A stretch of 64,000 nt of DNA from the NCBI GenBank assembly GCA_963677435.1, contig OY781945.1, positions 2,176,001-2,240,000 on the forward strand, written 5' to 3'. Within the stretch, counting starts at the first letter, position 1, and each line of letters opens with the position of its first letter. Origin of the DNA: an uncultured Aliarcobacter sp. GTDB lineage: Bacteria > Campylobacterota > Campylobacteria > Campylobacterales > Arcobacteraceae. Of the stretch, positions 40,846 through 51,320 are shown one piece after another. The notes beneath the pieces were generated by a model that worked only from the letters and a program-made list of their open reading frames with translations, was not told where the DNA came from and searched no databases. A program made the position numbers and the translations under genes.

Positions 40846-41103
40846 ATGGATATTGATAATTTAGAAGATTTATCAAAAGAGTTAAAAAACGATGAAAATG
40901 CACATGTAATTGCACTTTTTGAAGAGTATGCTAAAACTCATAATATTACAGAAGAAAAACTAGAACAAATATTATCAAAAGAACATGACTGTTTTAAATG
41001 TGAAAGTTGCCACAAATTTTATTGTTATGATGAATACTCATTTTTTGATGAAAAGTGTATTTACTGTTGTGATACAGATGACGAAGATGGAGAAGAGTTT
41101 TAA
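40846..41103 (+). CDS. Small acidic Cys-rich hypothetical protein
   Basis: AAGGA RBS; CFKCESCHKFYC...CIYCC. Confidence 0.65.
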   Translation: MDIDNLEDLSKELKNDENAHVIALFEEYAKTHNITEEKLEQILSKEHDCFKCESCHKFYCYDEYSFFDEKCIYCCDTDDEDGEEF

Positions 41104-41160
41104 TTTTTAATGATTTTTTATATGTATTTCCAAGCAAAAGCTTGGGGATAAGGAAATATC

Positions 41161-41673
41161 TCATTTTTCTTGTTTTAATTCTCCCAATATAATATATTTA
41201 CGTTTTTCATTTTCAAATAAATATAAAAATCCATTCTTAAAATCAACACATTTATTTGCTAAAAAATTATCTGGAAGTTTTATCTTTTTATTTGATTCTG
41301 AAGAAAAGATATCTATTTCCCCACGATTAAATTTAAACATTTCTATATTATTATCAAGAGATGTTACAAAAGCCCAATTTCCTTCCTCTCCAACGTAAGA
41401 TATTTTTTTCAAATAATTATTCATTTGAATTATTTCATTTGAATTTTTATTATTATCAATATTAGACTCATAAGGATTTATTACACATATACTATTATAA
41501 TGTTTGTCAGTTAAGTTTGTAATTTTAATTAAACTATTATTTTGCCATTTATTAAGTAATTCTATTTGTAATTGATTTTCTGTTTTAAAAACTAATTTTT
41601 TTGCAAAGATAATTAAAATTAAGATAATCAAAGTAATCTTTAAAATCTTTACTACTTTATTATTTTTAAACAT
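41161..41673 (-). CDS. Hypothetical protein with N-terminal membrane anchor
   Basis: 170-aa ORF, hydrophobic N-terminus, two Cys. Confidence 0.55.
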   Translation of the reverse strand: MFKNNKVVKILKITLIILILIIFAKKLVFKTENQLQIELLNKWQNNSLIKITNLTDKHYNSICVINPYESNIDNNKNSNEIIQMNNYLKKISYVGEEGNWAFVTSLDNNIEMFKFNRGEIDIFSSESNKKIKLPDNFLANKCVDFKNGFLYLFENEKRKYIILGELKQEK

Positions 41674-41830
41674 CTGTTAATACTTTTATTTTTTGATTTT
41701 ATTATACTTAATAAAAGTTTTTCATTTTATAAAAACATTTTTTATTACAAATTGAAATAAAATTGGGTGCAAAAAAAATTCTTTACTATAATTCATTTAT
41801 ATTTAAAAAGATTAAAAATCAAGGAATAAA

Positions 41831-42226
41831 ATGAATATTTGTGGAATTGAATTAAAAGCTAATAATGCTGTTTTAGTTGTATTAAAAGACAATGAATATA
41901 TAGATACTAAAATCAAAAAAATAATACTTGAAGATGATGAAAAACAAGAAGATATTAGAAAATTTTGCAATGAGTTTTTAGACTTCTTACAAAAAAATGA
42001 GATTGAAAAAATCTTCATAAAAAAACGAGCAAAAAAAGGCAATTTTTCAGGTGGTGCAGTTACTTTCAAAATGGAAGGCTTAATCCAACTAAATCCACTT
42101 TGTTCGGTGGAATTAATATCAACTCAAACTATTAGTAGCTTTGAAAAGAAAAATCAGATTCAATTTCCAAAAGAGTTAAACAAATATCAAGAACAAGCTT
42201 ATTTAACAGCACTTTGTAATCTATAA
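41831..42226 (+). CDS. DUF3010 family (RNase H-like fold) protein
   Basis: ICGIELK, IKKRAKKGNFSGGAVTFKMEGLIQL, KYQEQAY. Confidence 0.8.
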   Translation: MNICGIELKANNAVLVVLKDNEYIDTKIKKIILEDDEKQEDIRKFCNEFLDFLQKNEIEKIFIKKRAKKGNFSGGAVTFKMEGLIQLNPLCSVELISTQTISSFEKKNQIQFPKELNKYQEQAYLTALCNL

Positions 42227-42268
42227 AATAGAATGATATAATAAAACAAAATTTAAAGAGGTGATTAT

Positions 42269-42691
42269 ATGAGAGTAATTTGTCCTAGTTGTTTGAGTAT
42301 AAACAATGTACCTAAAAAAGATTCTTATTTAAAAGCAAATTGTGGAAAATGTAAAGAGTCACTATTAGATAACAAACCTATAAATCTAACAAATGCAAAC
42401 TTTGATGAGATTATTGTAAATAGTGAGATTCCTGTGATTGTAGATTTTTGGGCTTCTTGGTGTGGTCCTTGTAAAATGTTTGCACCAATATTTGATGAAA
42501 GTGCAAAAAAATATCCACTAAAAGCAGTTTTTGCAAAAGTAAATACAGAAGTTGAACAAGATATAAGTGGAAAATATCATATCATGTCAATTCCAACTTT
42601 GATTGTATATAAAGATGGGGTTGAAGTAAAAAGAGTAAGTGGAGCTTTAGATCCATTAAGATTATCAAATTTAGTAAATGAATTTATCTAA
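42269..42691 (+). CDS. trxC: Thioredoxin 2 with N-terminal Zn finger
   Basis: CPSC..N...CGKC Zn finger and WCGPC active site. Confidence 0.93.
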   Translation: MRVICPSCLSINNVPKKDSYLKANCGKCKESLLDNKPINLTNANFDEIIVNSEIPVIVDFWASWCGPCKMFAPIFDESAKKYPLKAVFAKVNTEVEQDISGKYHIMSIPTLIVYKDGVEVKRVSGALDPLRLSNLVNEFI

Positions 42692-42704
42692 TACTTTATA
42701 TAAA

Positions 42705-42731
42705 ATAAACTCGTATAAAACGAGTTTATTT
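42705..42731. terminator. Bidirectional hairpin terminator between trxC and the cupin gene
   Basis: AATAAACTCGT-ataaa-ACGAGTTTATT. Confidence 0.6.
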
Positions 42732-42735
42732 GGAT

Positions 42736-43089
42736 TTATAACATAGTTAATTTATCTTCTTTTGTAGTTATCATACATAAAAATTCATAACCACTACCAT
42801 AACATGCATCATATTTATGAGCAACACCTGCTGGAATATAGATAAAATCTCCTGCTTTTGCATGGTATTCTTCATCACCAACTATTACTTTTGCTTCACC
42901 TTTTAAAACATATTGTTGATGTTGAATTTCATTTATATGATTTGGCATAGAACCATCAACTGCTAAAGTCACTTTTCTAACAATAAAATCTTTATCCTCT
43001 TTTGGAGTTAAAACCGCAATTGATGCATCTACTGTTTTTGGAATACAGTTTGATTCATAAACATCTGAATTATTACAATATTTGTTCAT
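42736..43089 (-). CDS. Cupin domain protein
   Basis: MPNH....HQQYVLKG, GDFIYIPAGVAH. Confidence 0.88.
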   Translation of the reverse strand: MNKYCNNSDVYESNCIPKTVDASIAVLTPKEDKDFIVRKVTLAVDGSMPNHINEIQHQQYVLKGEAKVIVGDEEYHAKAGDFIYIPAGVAHKYDACYGSGYEFLCMITTKEDKLTML

Positions 43090-43229
43090 ATTTTTTCTCT
43101 TTTAATAAAATTAGTTGTGAAATAATGCCATAAAATAAATCAATTTGATTTCATTTTAAAAACTATAGTTTATTTTAGATATCAAATGAGAAAATTTAGT
43201 GAATAATTTTTCTACATTTTTAATACATT

Positions 43230-43256
43230 AATGTGTCAATACTATCTTGACACATT
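43230..43256. promoter_or_regulatory. 10-7-10 inverted repeat upstream of the heme-binding cytochrome gene
   Basis: AATGTGTCAA-tactatc-TTGACACATT. Confidence 0.45.
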
Positions 43257-43294
43257 TCATATATAATTCTTTATATAAAATTTTAGGAGATAAA

Positions 43295-43753
43295 ATGATA
43301 GGAAAAGTAGTTATCGGCGCTGTTGTCGTAGCCGTAGCAATACAATTTATTCCTTATGGGAAAACATATACAAATCCACCAATTGTTGCAGAACCAACTT
43401 GGGATTCACCTCGAACTAAAGAGCTTTTTAACAATGCCTGTGCAAATTGTCACTCAAATCAAACAACTTATCCTTGGTATAGTAAAGTTGCACCTGTTTC
43501 ATGGTTAGTTGCTAGTGATGTTGAAGAAGGTAGAGAACATTTTAATGTTTCTATGTGGGGTGTTCAGAAAAAAAATAAAGGCGATGAAGCAGCTAAAGAG
43601 TTAAAAGGTGGAGATATGCCACCATGGTTCTATTTACCAACTCATCCAGAAGCTAAACTTACAGAAGCTCAAACTCAAGAGTTAATTACAGGTTTAGAAA
43701 AAACTTTTGGAAAAGAAGAAGGTAAAGAGAATGAAGGTAAAGAAGAGAAATAA
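43295..43753 (+). CDS. Heme-binding domain (Haem_bd) cytochrome c
   Basis: AGGAG RBS, N-terminal anchor, ACANCHS..T.YPWYS.VAP.SW, MPP..Y...HP.A.L. Confidence 0.88.
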   Translation: MIGKVVIGAVVVAVAIQFIPYGKTYTNPPIVAEPTWDSPRTKELFNNACANCHSNQTTYPWYSKVAPVSWLVASDVEEGREHFNVSMWGVQKKNKGDEAAKELKGGDMPPWFYLPTHPEAKLTEAQTQELITGLEKTFGKEEGKENEGKEEK

Positions 43754-43819
43754 AATATTTCTCTCTTTACTATCTTAAAATCATAAGAGAGTTTTTATTT
43801 AAAATTCTCTTATATTACT

Positions 43820-44236
43820 TTAAAAAACAAAAGAAATATCTACAATTCCAATATTATAAATCTCAACTTTTACACCATCACTATCAACTACACCATAAGA
43901 GATAGTTAATTCATTTGGGTTTTCTATAGTTTGATTCTCTTCTACAAATTTTACATATTTATCGTAATCAATAATACTATAAATAAATTTCGCTTTCTCT
44001 TTAAATTTTTCATTATTTATATATCTAACATATACTTCTTTGTATGTTGTTTCATCATATTTATCATAGAAATTCTTTTTATACATCAACTCACAATAAG
44101 CAGCTTTTTTAAAATTACTTGTTGAATATTCTAAATAATCATCAGCTATTATATTTTGTAAATCTTCGTGGATTTCAAAAAGATTATATTTTTTATAGCC
44201 GTTTTCATCTGATATTAGAGCAGTTGTTTTTATCAT
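43820..44236 (-). CDS. Hypothetical protein
   Basis: 138-aa ORF with AGGA RBS. Confidence 0.6.
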   Translation of the reverse strand: MIKTTALISDENGYKKYNLFEIHEDLQNIIADDYLEYSTSNFKKAAYCELMYKKNFYDKYDETTYKEVYVRYINNEKFKEKAKFIYSIIDYDKYVKFVEENQTIENPNELTISYGVVDSDGVKVEIYNIGIVDISFVF

Positions 44237-44550
44237 ATCTTTTCCTATTTTTTATTTGAATTCTATCATATATATATTTACAGTAATTCTCTTAATTTTA
44301 TCTGTATAATAATTAAGAATATTAAATATATTTATATTTGTATAATTTTATGATAAATTTTATAACTTTTTTATTGCTATATTTTTATTGTATTTTTTCA
44401 AAAAATTATTTTTTTACAAATAACCTTAAAGAAGGACTATATGAATATTTTTATTACATTTTGTATAATATATAGTTAAGTTTAAGATATAAATTTTGTA
44501 TAATATTAATATTTTAAAAAAATGGATTTTTATATGGATTATTGGAAAAA

Positions 44551-46794
44551 TTAGATTTGGTGGTAAATTTGCCCTACACTGATTCCACCATCGTTTAATG
44601 GAATATCTTTGTTGTAATAAAATTCCCTACCCTGCTCTTGGAATTTACTAATTAAAATTTCAAGAAGTGTTCTATTTTGAAAAACTCCACCACCTAAAAT
44701 AATAGGTAAATCTTTGTGAGAATTTGAGATATCTAAAATAATTTGCACTAAAGTATTTATAAATTTTGAGCAAATTTGTTTTTTATCTTTTTCTAAAATC
44801 ATCTGTTTTATCATAGAAGATAGTTGTATTTTATTATCAATTATTTCGTAAGGATAAACTTGAGTTATTGATTCATCATAATTTTGCTCTATTTGTAGAC
44901 CAGTTTCACCCTCATAGCTTTGAATATGTAAAATATCAGCTAATGATGCAACTGCATCAAACAAACGCCCTACAGAGCTTGTAAGAGGTGAATTTAAAGC
45001 TTTTTGCCACATAGTGTGAAGCATTTTTATTTCACTGTGTGTAAAAGCTTTTACACATGCTATTTCAAGAGTTAATATCTCATCTAGGCAAAAAGTATCA
45101 AAAAGTAGACTCAAAGCCACTCTTTTGGGCTCAAGTACTGCCTTTTCACCGCCTAAAAGCCTAAAATACTCAAAATGATTTACTCTTTTATATTCACTTT
45201 TTGAAGCTATAAAAACCTCTCCACCCCAAATATTTCCATCATCTCCATAACCTGTTCCATCAAAAATAAAAGCTAATACTTCTTTGTTTAATTTATACTC
45301 AGCCATTACTGATAAAACATGAGCATAATGGTGTTGAATTTGAACTAATTCTATGTTTAGATTTGATTGTTTTAGCTTTAGTGCAAACTTTGTAGATTCA
45401 TAATTTGGATGTTTATCACAAACTATTATTTCAGGCTCAAAGTCATAAAATCTTTTAAAAGTATTTATAGTTCTCTCAAAATATTCTAAAGAGTTTAATG
45501 AGTTTAAATCTCCAATATATGGAGATAAAATTAAATTATTTTTAAAATAAATACTTATGGTAGATTTTTGATTAGCACCAAGTGAAAGTATCTTTTTTTC
45601 GCTCTTATTTTCAAAGTTTAAAGCAGTTGGAGCATAACCTCTTGCATTTCTAAGCTTTACAATATCATTGTTTATAACTTGTATAACTGAATCATCACTT
45701 GCATTTAAAATATCTCTATTAAAATCTAAAACAAAATCAACTACATTTGATAGTTTTTCTATAATTTCATCTTTTGAAACAATAATAGGTTCACCCTTTA
45801 AATTTGCACTGGTTGCAATTATTGGATTGTTTAAATATCTAAAAAGTAAATGATGCAATGGTGTATAAGCAATAAAGCATCCTAAATGTTTAATATTTGG
45901 AGCTATTTTATCTGATAGATTAAAATCTTTTCTCTTTTTAACTAAAACTATTGGTTTGTTTATTGAACTTAAAATTTCTTCTTCTTTTGAAGTTAAATTT
46001 GTATAATTTTTAATATCCTTTATATCTTTAAACATTACAGCAAAAGGCTTATTTAATCGACTTTTTCTAACTCTTAGTTCTTTTACTGTTTTATCGTTTT
46101 TTGCATCACAAACAAGATGAAAACCACCCATCCCTTTTAGGGCAATTATGAACCCTTTATTGATTAAATCTGCTACTTGTTTTATGGCTGTAATATTTGT
46201 AGATATTTTCTCATTATTTTTATTATACAAAGTTACATTTGGACCACATTTTTCACAAGCAACTGGTTGAGCGTGGTATCTTCTATTTGTTGGATTCTCA
46301 TACTCTTTTTTGCAATCTTCACATAATTCAAAAAAGGCCATTGAAGTATTTATTCTATCATAAGGAACTGTTTTTATTATTGAATATCTTGGTCCACAAT
46401 TTGTACAATTTGTTAAAGCATAATTATATCTAAAATTATACACATCATTAATATCATTGATGCAATCATCACAAATACCAATATCAGCAGAGATAATAGT
46501 TGATTTATTATTTGAGTTTGTACTTTGTATTATTTCAAAAGTTTTATACTCTTTTATTTTAGTTATTTTTTCTATATTTATAGAGTTAATTTTTGATAAA
46601 ACAGGTGGATTTGATTTTAGTTCATTTATGAATTTTTGTATATTCTCTTCTTTTGCATATAAAAGAATATTTACACCTTTTTCATCATTGTTAACCCACC
46701 CTTTTATCTCATATTTTATTGCTAAATTATATATAAAAGGACGAAAACCAACCCCTTGAACGATACCTTTTACTTGAATAAAAAATGATTTCAT
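44551..46794 (-). CDS. hypF: Carbamoyltransferase HypF
   Basis: GIVQGVGFRP acylphosphatase domain, two CxxC..CxxC fingers, KGMGGFHL, HHYAH, DGTGYG, NDGGIS. Confidence 0.97.
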   Translation of the reverse strand: MKSFFIQVKGIVQGVGFRPFIYNLAIKYEIKGWVNNDEKGVNILLYAKEENIQKFINELKSNPPVLSKINSINIEKITKIKEYKTFEIIQSTNSNNKSTIISADIGICDDCINDINDVYNFRYNYALTNCTNCGPRYSIIKTVPYDRINTSMAFFELCEDCKKEYENPTNRRYHAQPVACEKCGPNVTLYNKNNEKISTNITAIKQVADLINKGFIIALKGMGGFHLVCDAKNDKTVKELRVRKSRLNKPFAVMFKDIKDIKNYTNLTSKEEEILSSINKPIVLVKKRKDFNLSDKIAPNIKHLGCFIAYTPLHHLLFRYLNNPIIATSANLKGEPIIVSKDEIIEKLSNVVDFVLDFNRDILNASDDSVIQVINNDIVKLRNARGYAPTALNFENKSEKKILSLGANQKSTISIYFKNNLILSPYIGDLNSLNSLEYFERTINTFKRFYDFEPEIIVCDKHPNYESTKFALKLKQSNLNIELVQIQHHYAHVLSVMAEYKLNKEVLAFIFDGTGYGDDGNIWGGEVFIASKSEYKRVNHFEYFRLLGGEKAVLEPKRVALSLLFDTFCLDEILTLEIACVKAFTHSEIKMLHTMWQKALNSPLTSSVGRLFDAVASLADILHIQSYEGETGLQIEQNYDESITQVYPYEIIDNKIQLSSMIKQMILEKDKKQICSKFINTLVQIILDISNSHKDLPIILGGGVFQNRTLLEILISKFQEQGREFYYNKDIPLNDGGISVGQIYHQI

Positions 46795-46881
46795 TAAAAC
46801 TTCCAGAATAATTAATATATTTGATTTTGATTATAAAAGATTATTCCTTTAGTAAAGATATTTTATTAAAATCTACTCGCT

Positions 46882-47763
46882 TTATATCTCTATTCCAAAA
46901 TAATATTTTACAAAATAACCAATCCCAAATGAGATAATTGCAACTCCAAAAGTTATTGCTGACATTTGTAAAACTCTTGTAGTGAAGTTTAAATCTTTTG
47001 CAACACTAATATAAAAGTTATATGAAATAATGGCTAAAAAAGCACATATAAACATCATAATCAAAGAGTAAGCCATGGTTTCAAAGATGAAAAATGGCAC
47101 AACTAAAATTGTAGTTGTTAAGATATATGAAACTCCTGTATAAAGTGAATAAGTAATGGGTTTAATTATCTCACTTGGATTCTCTTTTGCTTCAAAATAT
47201 GCAGATCCTGCCATCGATAAAGATGCAGCTATTCCCATGATAAGACCAGTAAGTCCTACAACTAAACTTTTATCAAAAGCTAAAGCAATACCACTTAATG
47301 TTCCTGTTAATTCAACTAAAGCATCATTCATTCCTAAAACTATTGCACCTGCGTATAAAAGTTTTTTGTCATTTAACATCTCAATTAGTTCGAACTCATG
47401 TTCTGTTTCTTGTTTATAAATTTTTCTTGATTCTGGATATATTTCAAAAAGTTCTTTATAATATTCTTCAGCTCCCGCTTCTCTTTTTTCCAATGTTCTT
47501 AAAGCAAAAGAAGTTCCAAAAACTTTCACAAGAAAGATAAACCACAAAACTACAAACCTTTGTGCTTTTATCTCTTTTTTTGTAATTTTAACCCAAAAAT
47601 CATAATGAGATTTTTCCTCTTTTGCAATCTTTTCAAAGATTTTTTTATTATTTTCATCACTTTGATAAGATACTAAAATTTTGTAAATAGTATGATCATT
47701 TATTTCATTTTGTTGCTGTCTTAGGGCTTTTTTCAGATGTTCTTCTTCAGAAATTTTATTCAT
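46882..47763 (-). CDS. Ferritin/rubrerythrin-like domain fused to VIT1/CCC1 transporter
   Basis: E..EE.SH and EH di-iron-like motifs; IVLGMNDALVE, AASLSMAGS VIT motifs. Confidence 0.85.
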   Translation of the reverse strand: MNKISEEEHLKKALRQQQNEINDHTIYKILVSYQSDENNKKIFEKIAKEEKSHYDFWVKITKKEIKAQRFVVLWFIFLVKVFGTSFALRTLEKREAGAEEYYKELFEIYPESRKIYKQETEHEFELIEMLNDKKLLYAGAIVLGMNDALVELTGTLSGIALAFDKSLVVGLTGLIMGIAASLSMAGSAYFEAKENPSEIIKPITYSLYTGVSYILTTTILVVPFFIFETMAYSLIMMFICAFLAIISYNFYISVAKDLNFTTRVLQMSAITFGVAIISFGIGYFVKYYFGIEI

Positions 47764-47831
47764 TTTGTCTCCTTTTTATAATCATTATATTTTTAAATAC
47801 TACTACAAACTATTTAAAAATGAATATCAAA

Positions 47832-49745
47832 TTAATCTATTTCGATTACTGGTGTTATTTTTAAAACTATTTGTTTATCAACTGTTTCTTGTAACTTATT
47901 TTTGATGATTAGATAATCATCAAATAATAGATATTTATCTGAAATAAGCTCAATGTTTACAAGTATTTTATCTTTTTTATTTTGTATTGATTGTATTTTT
48001 AGTTCTACTTTTTTATCTTCTAAAGCTATAGATTTTACACTATTTAATTTATTAAAATATTCATATTTATCAACTACTTTCATAAATGACAAAAATAAAG
48101 GTATGCTAATTAGCACCATTAAAACAAAAGTATAAAGTAAACCTTTTTTTGCTTTTTTTACAGGAGCAAAACCTAAAACTATAAAAGTTAAGGCTGCACT
48201 TAGAGTTATTCCAACTAAATTTGTTGCAAAAAGTAAAAAAGAGCCATAAATCACATCGATATTTCTAATTCCGATTCCAATTCCAATTACACTTAAAGGT
48301 GGAATTAAAGCAACTGCAATTGCAACACCTGCAAGAGATTTTGCAACCTCTTCTTTTGAGTAGGCATAAGCACCAGCCATTCCAGAAAAAATAGCAACCA
48401 TCAAATCCAATAAATTAGGATTTAGTCGTGATTGCATCTCCCCTGTTATTTGCTCTAAAGGTATAAATAAAGTATATATACTAGAAAACAATAAAGCTAA
48501 TAAAATACCAAAAAGCATCGTTCTTGCACTTTGAAACAATAAAAATTTATCTGCTCTGATTACACCCATTGATAAAGATATAATAGGAGCCATTAAAGGT
48601 GCTAATATCATAGCTCCAATAATTACAGGTGTTGAGTTTGCAAAAAGTCCTGTAGTTGATAAGAGTGCACTTAGAATCATCAAGGTAGCAAAGATATAAG
48701 AAAACTTTGCATTATCTTTTAAATTGCTTAATAAATCTTTAAAATCCTCATCTGTTGCTTTTTTAAATAGTGGTAATTTCCCCTCAATTAAAATACTACT
48801 TATCTCAGCTTTTGGCAAAGAGTTTAATTTTATTACATCTTTTTCTTCAATATGTTTTTCATCATTTTTTACAATTTCTAATAAATCTCTTCCTAAATGC
48901 AAATTCATACAATCTTGTAATACTTCAAGTTCAATAGTTTTAGATTGATGTAAATCACTGTTATCAATTTGATAATCCAACATCTCAGTTGAAGAGATAG
49001 TTAATTTTGAAGCTTTGATAAATCCTAAACTTTTGGGTAGTGACATTAAAGAAACCTTTTGATAAAAAAAGATTGCTAATAAATACCATACATAAGAAAT
49101 CAAAGAAGTCGGAGCTAGAATATAAGCATTTAATTTTCCATCATGAATAGATAATTCATCTCTTATTGCTGATTCTTGAGTAGCTAAGCTTAAGTGTTCA
49201 AGTACAGTAATTCCTGAAGCTGCTGTTTGTACCGTTTGATCTTCTGAGGTGGTTAAAGTATAACTTTTAAATTTTATATTTTTAAGATGATTAAAAAAAA
49301 TCTTAATTTTTTTTAATCTGCTATTGTGATTATAATCATAATTATTCATTCCATGCATATCACCAATTGAAATACGATTAAATGCAAGAAAATTATTACA
49401 TTTTAATAAATCAATTTTACTTAAAAGTTCTGGATTATAAGCATCATCAATAGCATCTTTTATATCTTTTGAAATACTATAATTTTTTATTGTGTCTAAA
49501 GAGTTTTTATGGGGAAGAATAGCAATTAATATATTTATATTTAGATGATTTTGGAAAAATGTTTTAACTCCATCATCATCTAAATATAAAAGAAATAATT
49601 TCTTTTTATTTTTTTTATCATCAAATATTTTATCTATTGCAAAAATAGATATTTCACTTTTATAGTTTTCTTTTATATAATCGAATATCTCATCAAGAAC
49701 TTCTTTATCTTTTTCTTGGCTAATAAAATAGACTTGTTTGTACAC
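47832..49745 (-). CDS. DUF389 / TIGR00341 membrane protein with a large soluble N-terminal domain
   Basis: IIGAMILAPLMAPI, PNLLDL.VA, AGVAIAVALIPPL. Confidence 0.85.
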   Translation of the reverse strand: MYKQVYFISQEKDKEVLDEIFDYIKENYKSEISIFAIDKIFDDKKNKKKLFLLYLDDDGVKTFFQNHLNINILIAILPHKNSLDTIKNYSISKDIKDAIDDAYNPELLSKIDLLKCNNFLAFNRISIGDMHGMNNYDYNHNSRLKKIKIFFNHLKNIKFKSYTLTTSEDQTVQTAASGITVLEHLSLATQESAIRDELSIHDGKLNAYILAPTSLISYVWYLLAIFFYQKVSLMSLPKSLGFIKASKLTISSTEMLDYQIDNSDLHQSKTIELEVLQDCMNLHLGRDLLEIVKNDEKHIEEKDVIKLNSLPKAEISSILIEGKLPLFKKATDEDFKDLLSNLKDNAKFSYIFATLMILSALLSTTGLFANSTPVIIGAMILAPLMAPIISLSMGVIRADKFLLFQSARTMLFGILLALLFSSIYTLFIPLEQITGEMQSRLNPNLLDLMVAIFSGMAGAYAYSKEEVAKSLAGVAIAVALIPPLSVIGIGIGIRNIDVIYGSFLLFATNLVGITLSAALTFIVLGFAPVKKAKKGLLYTFVLMVLISIPLFLSFMKVVDKYEYFNKLNSVKSIALEDKKVELKIQSIQNKKDKILVNIELISDKYLLFDDYLIIKNKLQETVDKQIVLKITPVIEID

Positions 49746-49787
49746 TATACTAATCCTTTTTTAGATTATATAGTTTACTTGGTTCTT

Positions 49788-51320
49788 TTAATAATCTAGT
49801 GGATACTCTTTTGGCAAAATTATATTATAAGTTTTACTAAGAGTTTTATTTGTTTTTGATAACAAAATTGAATTTGCAAACATATTTCCACATAAAACTA
49901 CATCTTTTGCTTTTATATCACTTGCAATTTCATTTACATAATTACAAATAAATTCACTCAAGCTTTCATAAAAAGAGTAAATCAAAGTTATATTATCAAC
50001 ATCTGCCATTTTATATGCCATTATTGATTGAACCGTTCTTCTATAGTCTAAATAGTTTACACCATCTAAACTTACAAGTTTCATATCAATTTGAATACCA
50101 CTTGATAAATTTGTATTTAAAGCTATATCTTCAAACTCTTTTGCACTATTTATTCCTAAAACTTTTGCACACATATTTATGATTGATTCAAAACCATTTG
50201 TATTTTGTGCTACTTCACCTTCTAAAACAGTTGGGAATTTTTTTGAATAATTTGCTATTAATCTTGTGCAATGTTCATCAATATCGGCAATCTCTTCAAA
50301 ACAGTTTTTTATGCTATTGTGAATATTTGGAATAGAAATAATCTCTTTTATTCCTTTAGTTGGAATATTCACTGCAATTGAACTTTTCTCAGAATTTTGT
50401 GAGAAATAAACCCCAATAGAAGAGATTAATCTTTTTGAACTTTGGGCTAAAACTGCTTTAAAAACTCCACCATTATCATCAAAATAATCTTTTGAAGAGT
50501 TATATTTTTTATTTGCTACAAAATCATATTTTGGAAATAAACCTTTATCTCCATGAATTATTAGATTTTGCTCTTTAAAATATGTGATTTTTAATCCATC
50601 TTGATAAACTTCATCATTTACATATAAAACTTGATTTATTCCATACTCTTTTAAAGCTTTTGCAAATAAAACAACTTCTTTATCATCAGGAATTTTTGCA
50701 TAAATAAAGTTTGTAGATGAAAACTCATTATTTGAGTTTTTTAATATCTTAAATTTTAGTTTCACTAAAGGTCGCTCAATTGAGCAAAGAAGTTGATAAT
50801 CTTTCATATTTATATCAAAAGTTTCTTCCACTTTTGTAATGTCTGTAATTAAAAGTTTAACTTCAAAACCTTTGTTTTCTAAATCTTCTCTAATATTTTT
50901 ATTTGGTAAAAAGTAGTCTTTTAAACCATTATGTGTTTCAAATCTTGAAATTCCACCTTTTACAATTTTTAAAATATCATTCGAAAAATCTATATTATTT
51001 TCTAAGATTATTTTTTTTATTGCATCATTTGTTAAAAGTGTTAGATTTTGTTTTATCTCAAAATCTTCTATTTCTTTTAAACTCTCATCATAAGTTTCTA
51101 CAACATATGAGTTTCCTATAAAAATACTAAGTGGTAGTTTATTTTCTAATAAAGCGAAAAAATCTTCTATTTCTTGTGCAAGTGCATCTACAATAATAAT
51201 TATAAAACCATTGTATTGTTTGCAAGAAGCATTTATATTAGCCTCACTTATCAAACTCTCAATAATATGTTTAAAATATAGATTTGTTGTATTAAATTCA
51301 ATTTTATAAATTAATTGCAT
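49788..51320 (-). CDS. hydE: Hydrogenase accessory protein HydE (Campylobacterota; degenerate HypF-like)
   Basis: Directly after hydD; LPLSIF, LCSIERP.VKLK, IMAYKMA, LCGNMF. Confidence 0.75.
   Translation of the reverse strand: MQLIYKIEFNTTNLYFKHIIESLISEANINASCKQYNGFIIIIVDALAQEIEDFFALLENKLPLSIFIGNSYVVETYDESLKEIEDFEIKQNLTLLTNDAIKKIILENNIDFSNDILKIVKGGISRFETHNGLKDYFLPNKNIREDLENKGFEVKLLITDITKVEETFDINMKDYQLLCSIERPLVKLKFKILKNSNNEFSSTNFIYAKIPDDKEVVLFAKALKEYGINQVLYVNDEVYQDGLKITYFKEQNLIIHGDKGLFPKYDFVANKKYNSSKDYFDDNGGVFKAVLAQSSKRLISSIGVYFSQNSEKSSIAVNIPTKGIKEIISIPNIHNSIKNCFEEIADIDEHCTRLIANYSKKFPTVLEGEVAQNTNGFESIINMCAKVLGINSAKEFEDIALNTNLSSGIQIDMKLVSLDGVNYLDYRRTVQSIMAYKMADVDNITLIYSFYESLSEFICNYVNEIASDIKAKDVVLCGNMFANSILLSKTNKTLSKTYNIILPKEYPLDY

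Noticed and set aside
44237..44550. Extremely AT-rich 310-bp gap with an RBS-led 12-codon ORF (ATG AAT ATT TTT...) as a possible sRNA or small peptide
   Set aside because: No stable structure or recognisable product; could be promoter DNA or a gene remnant.
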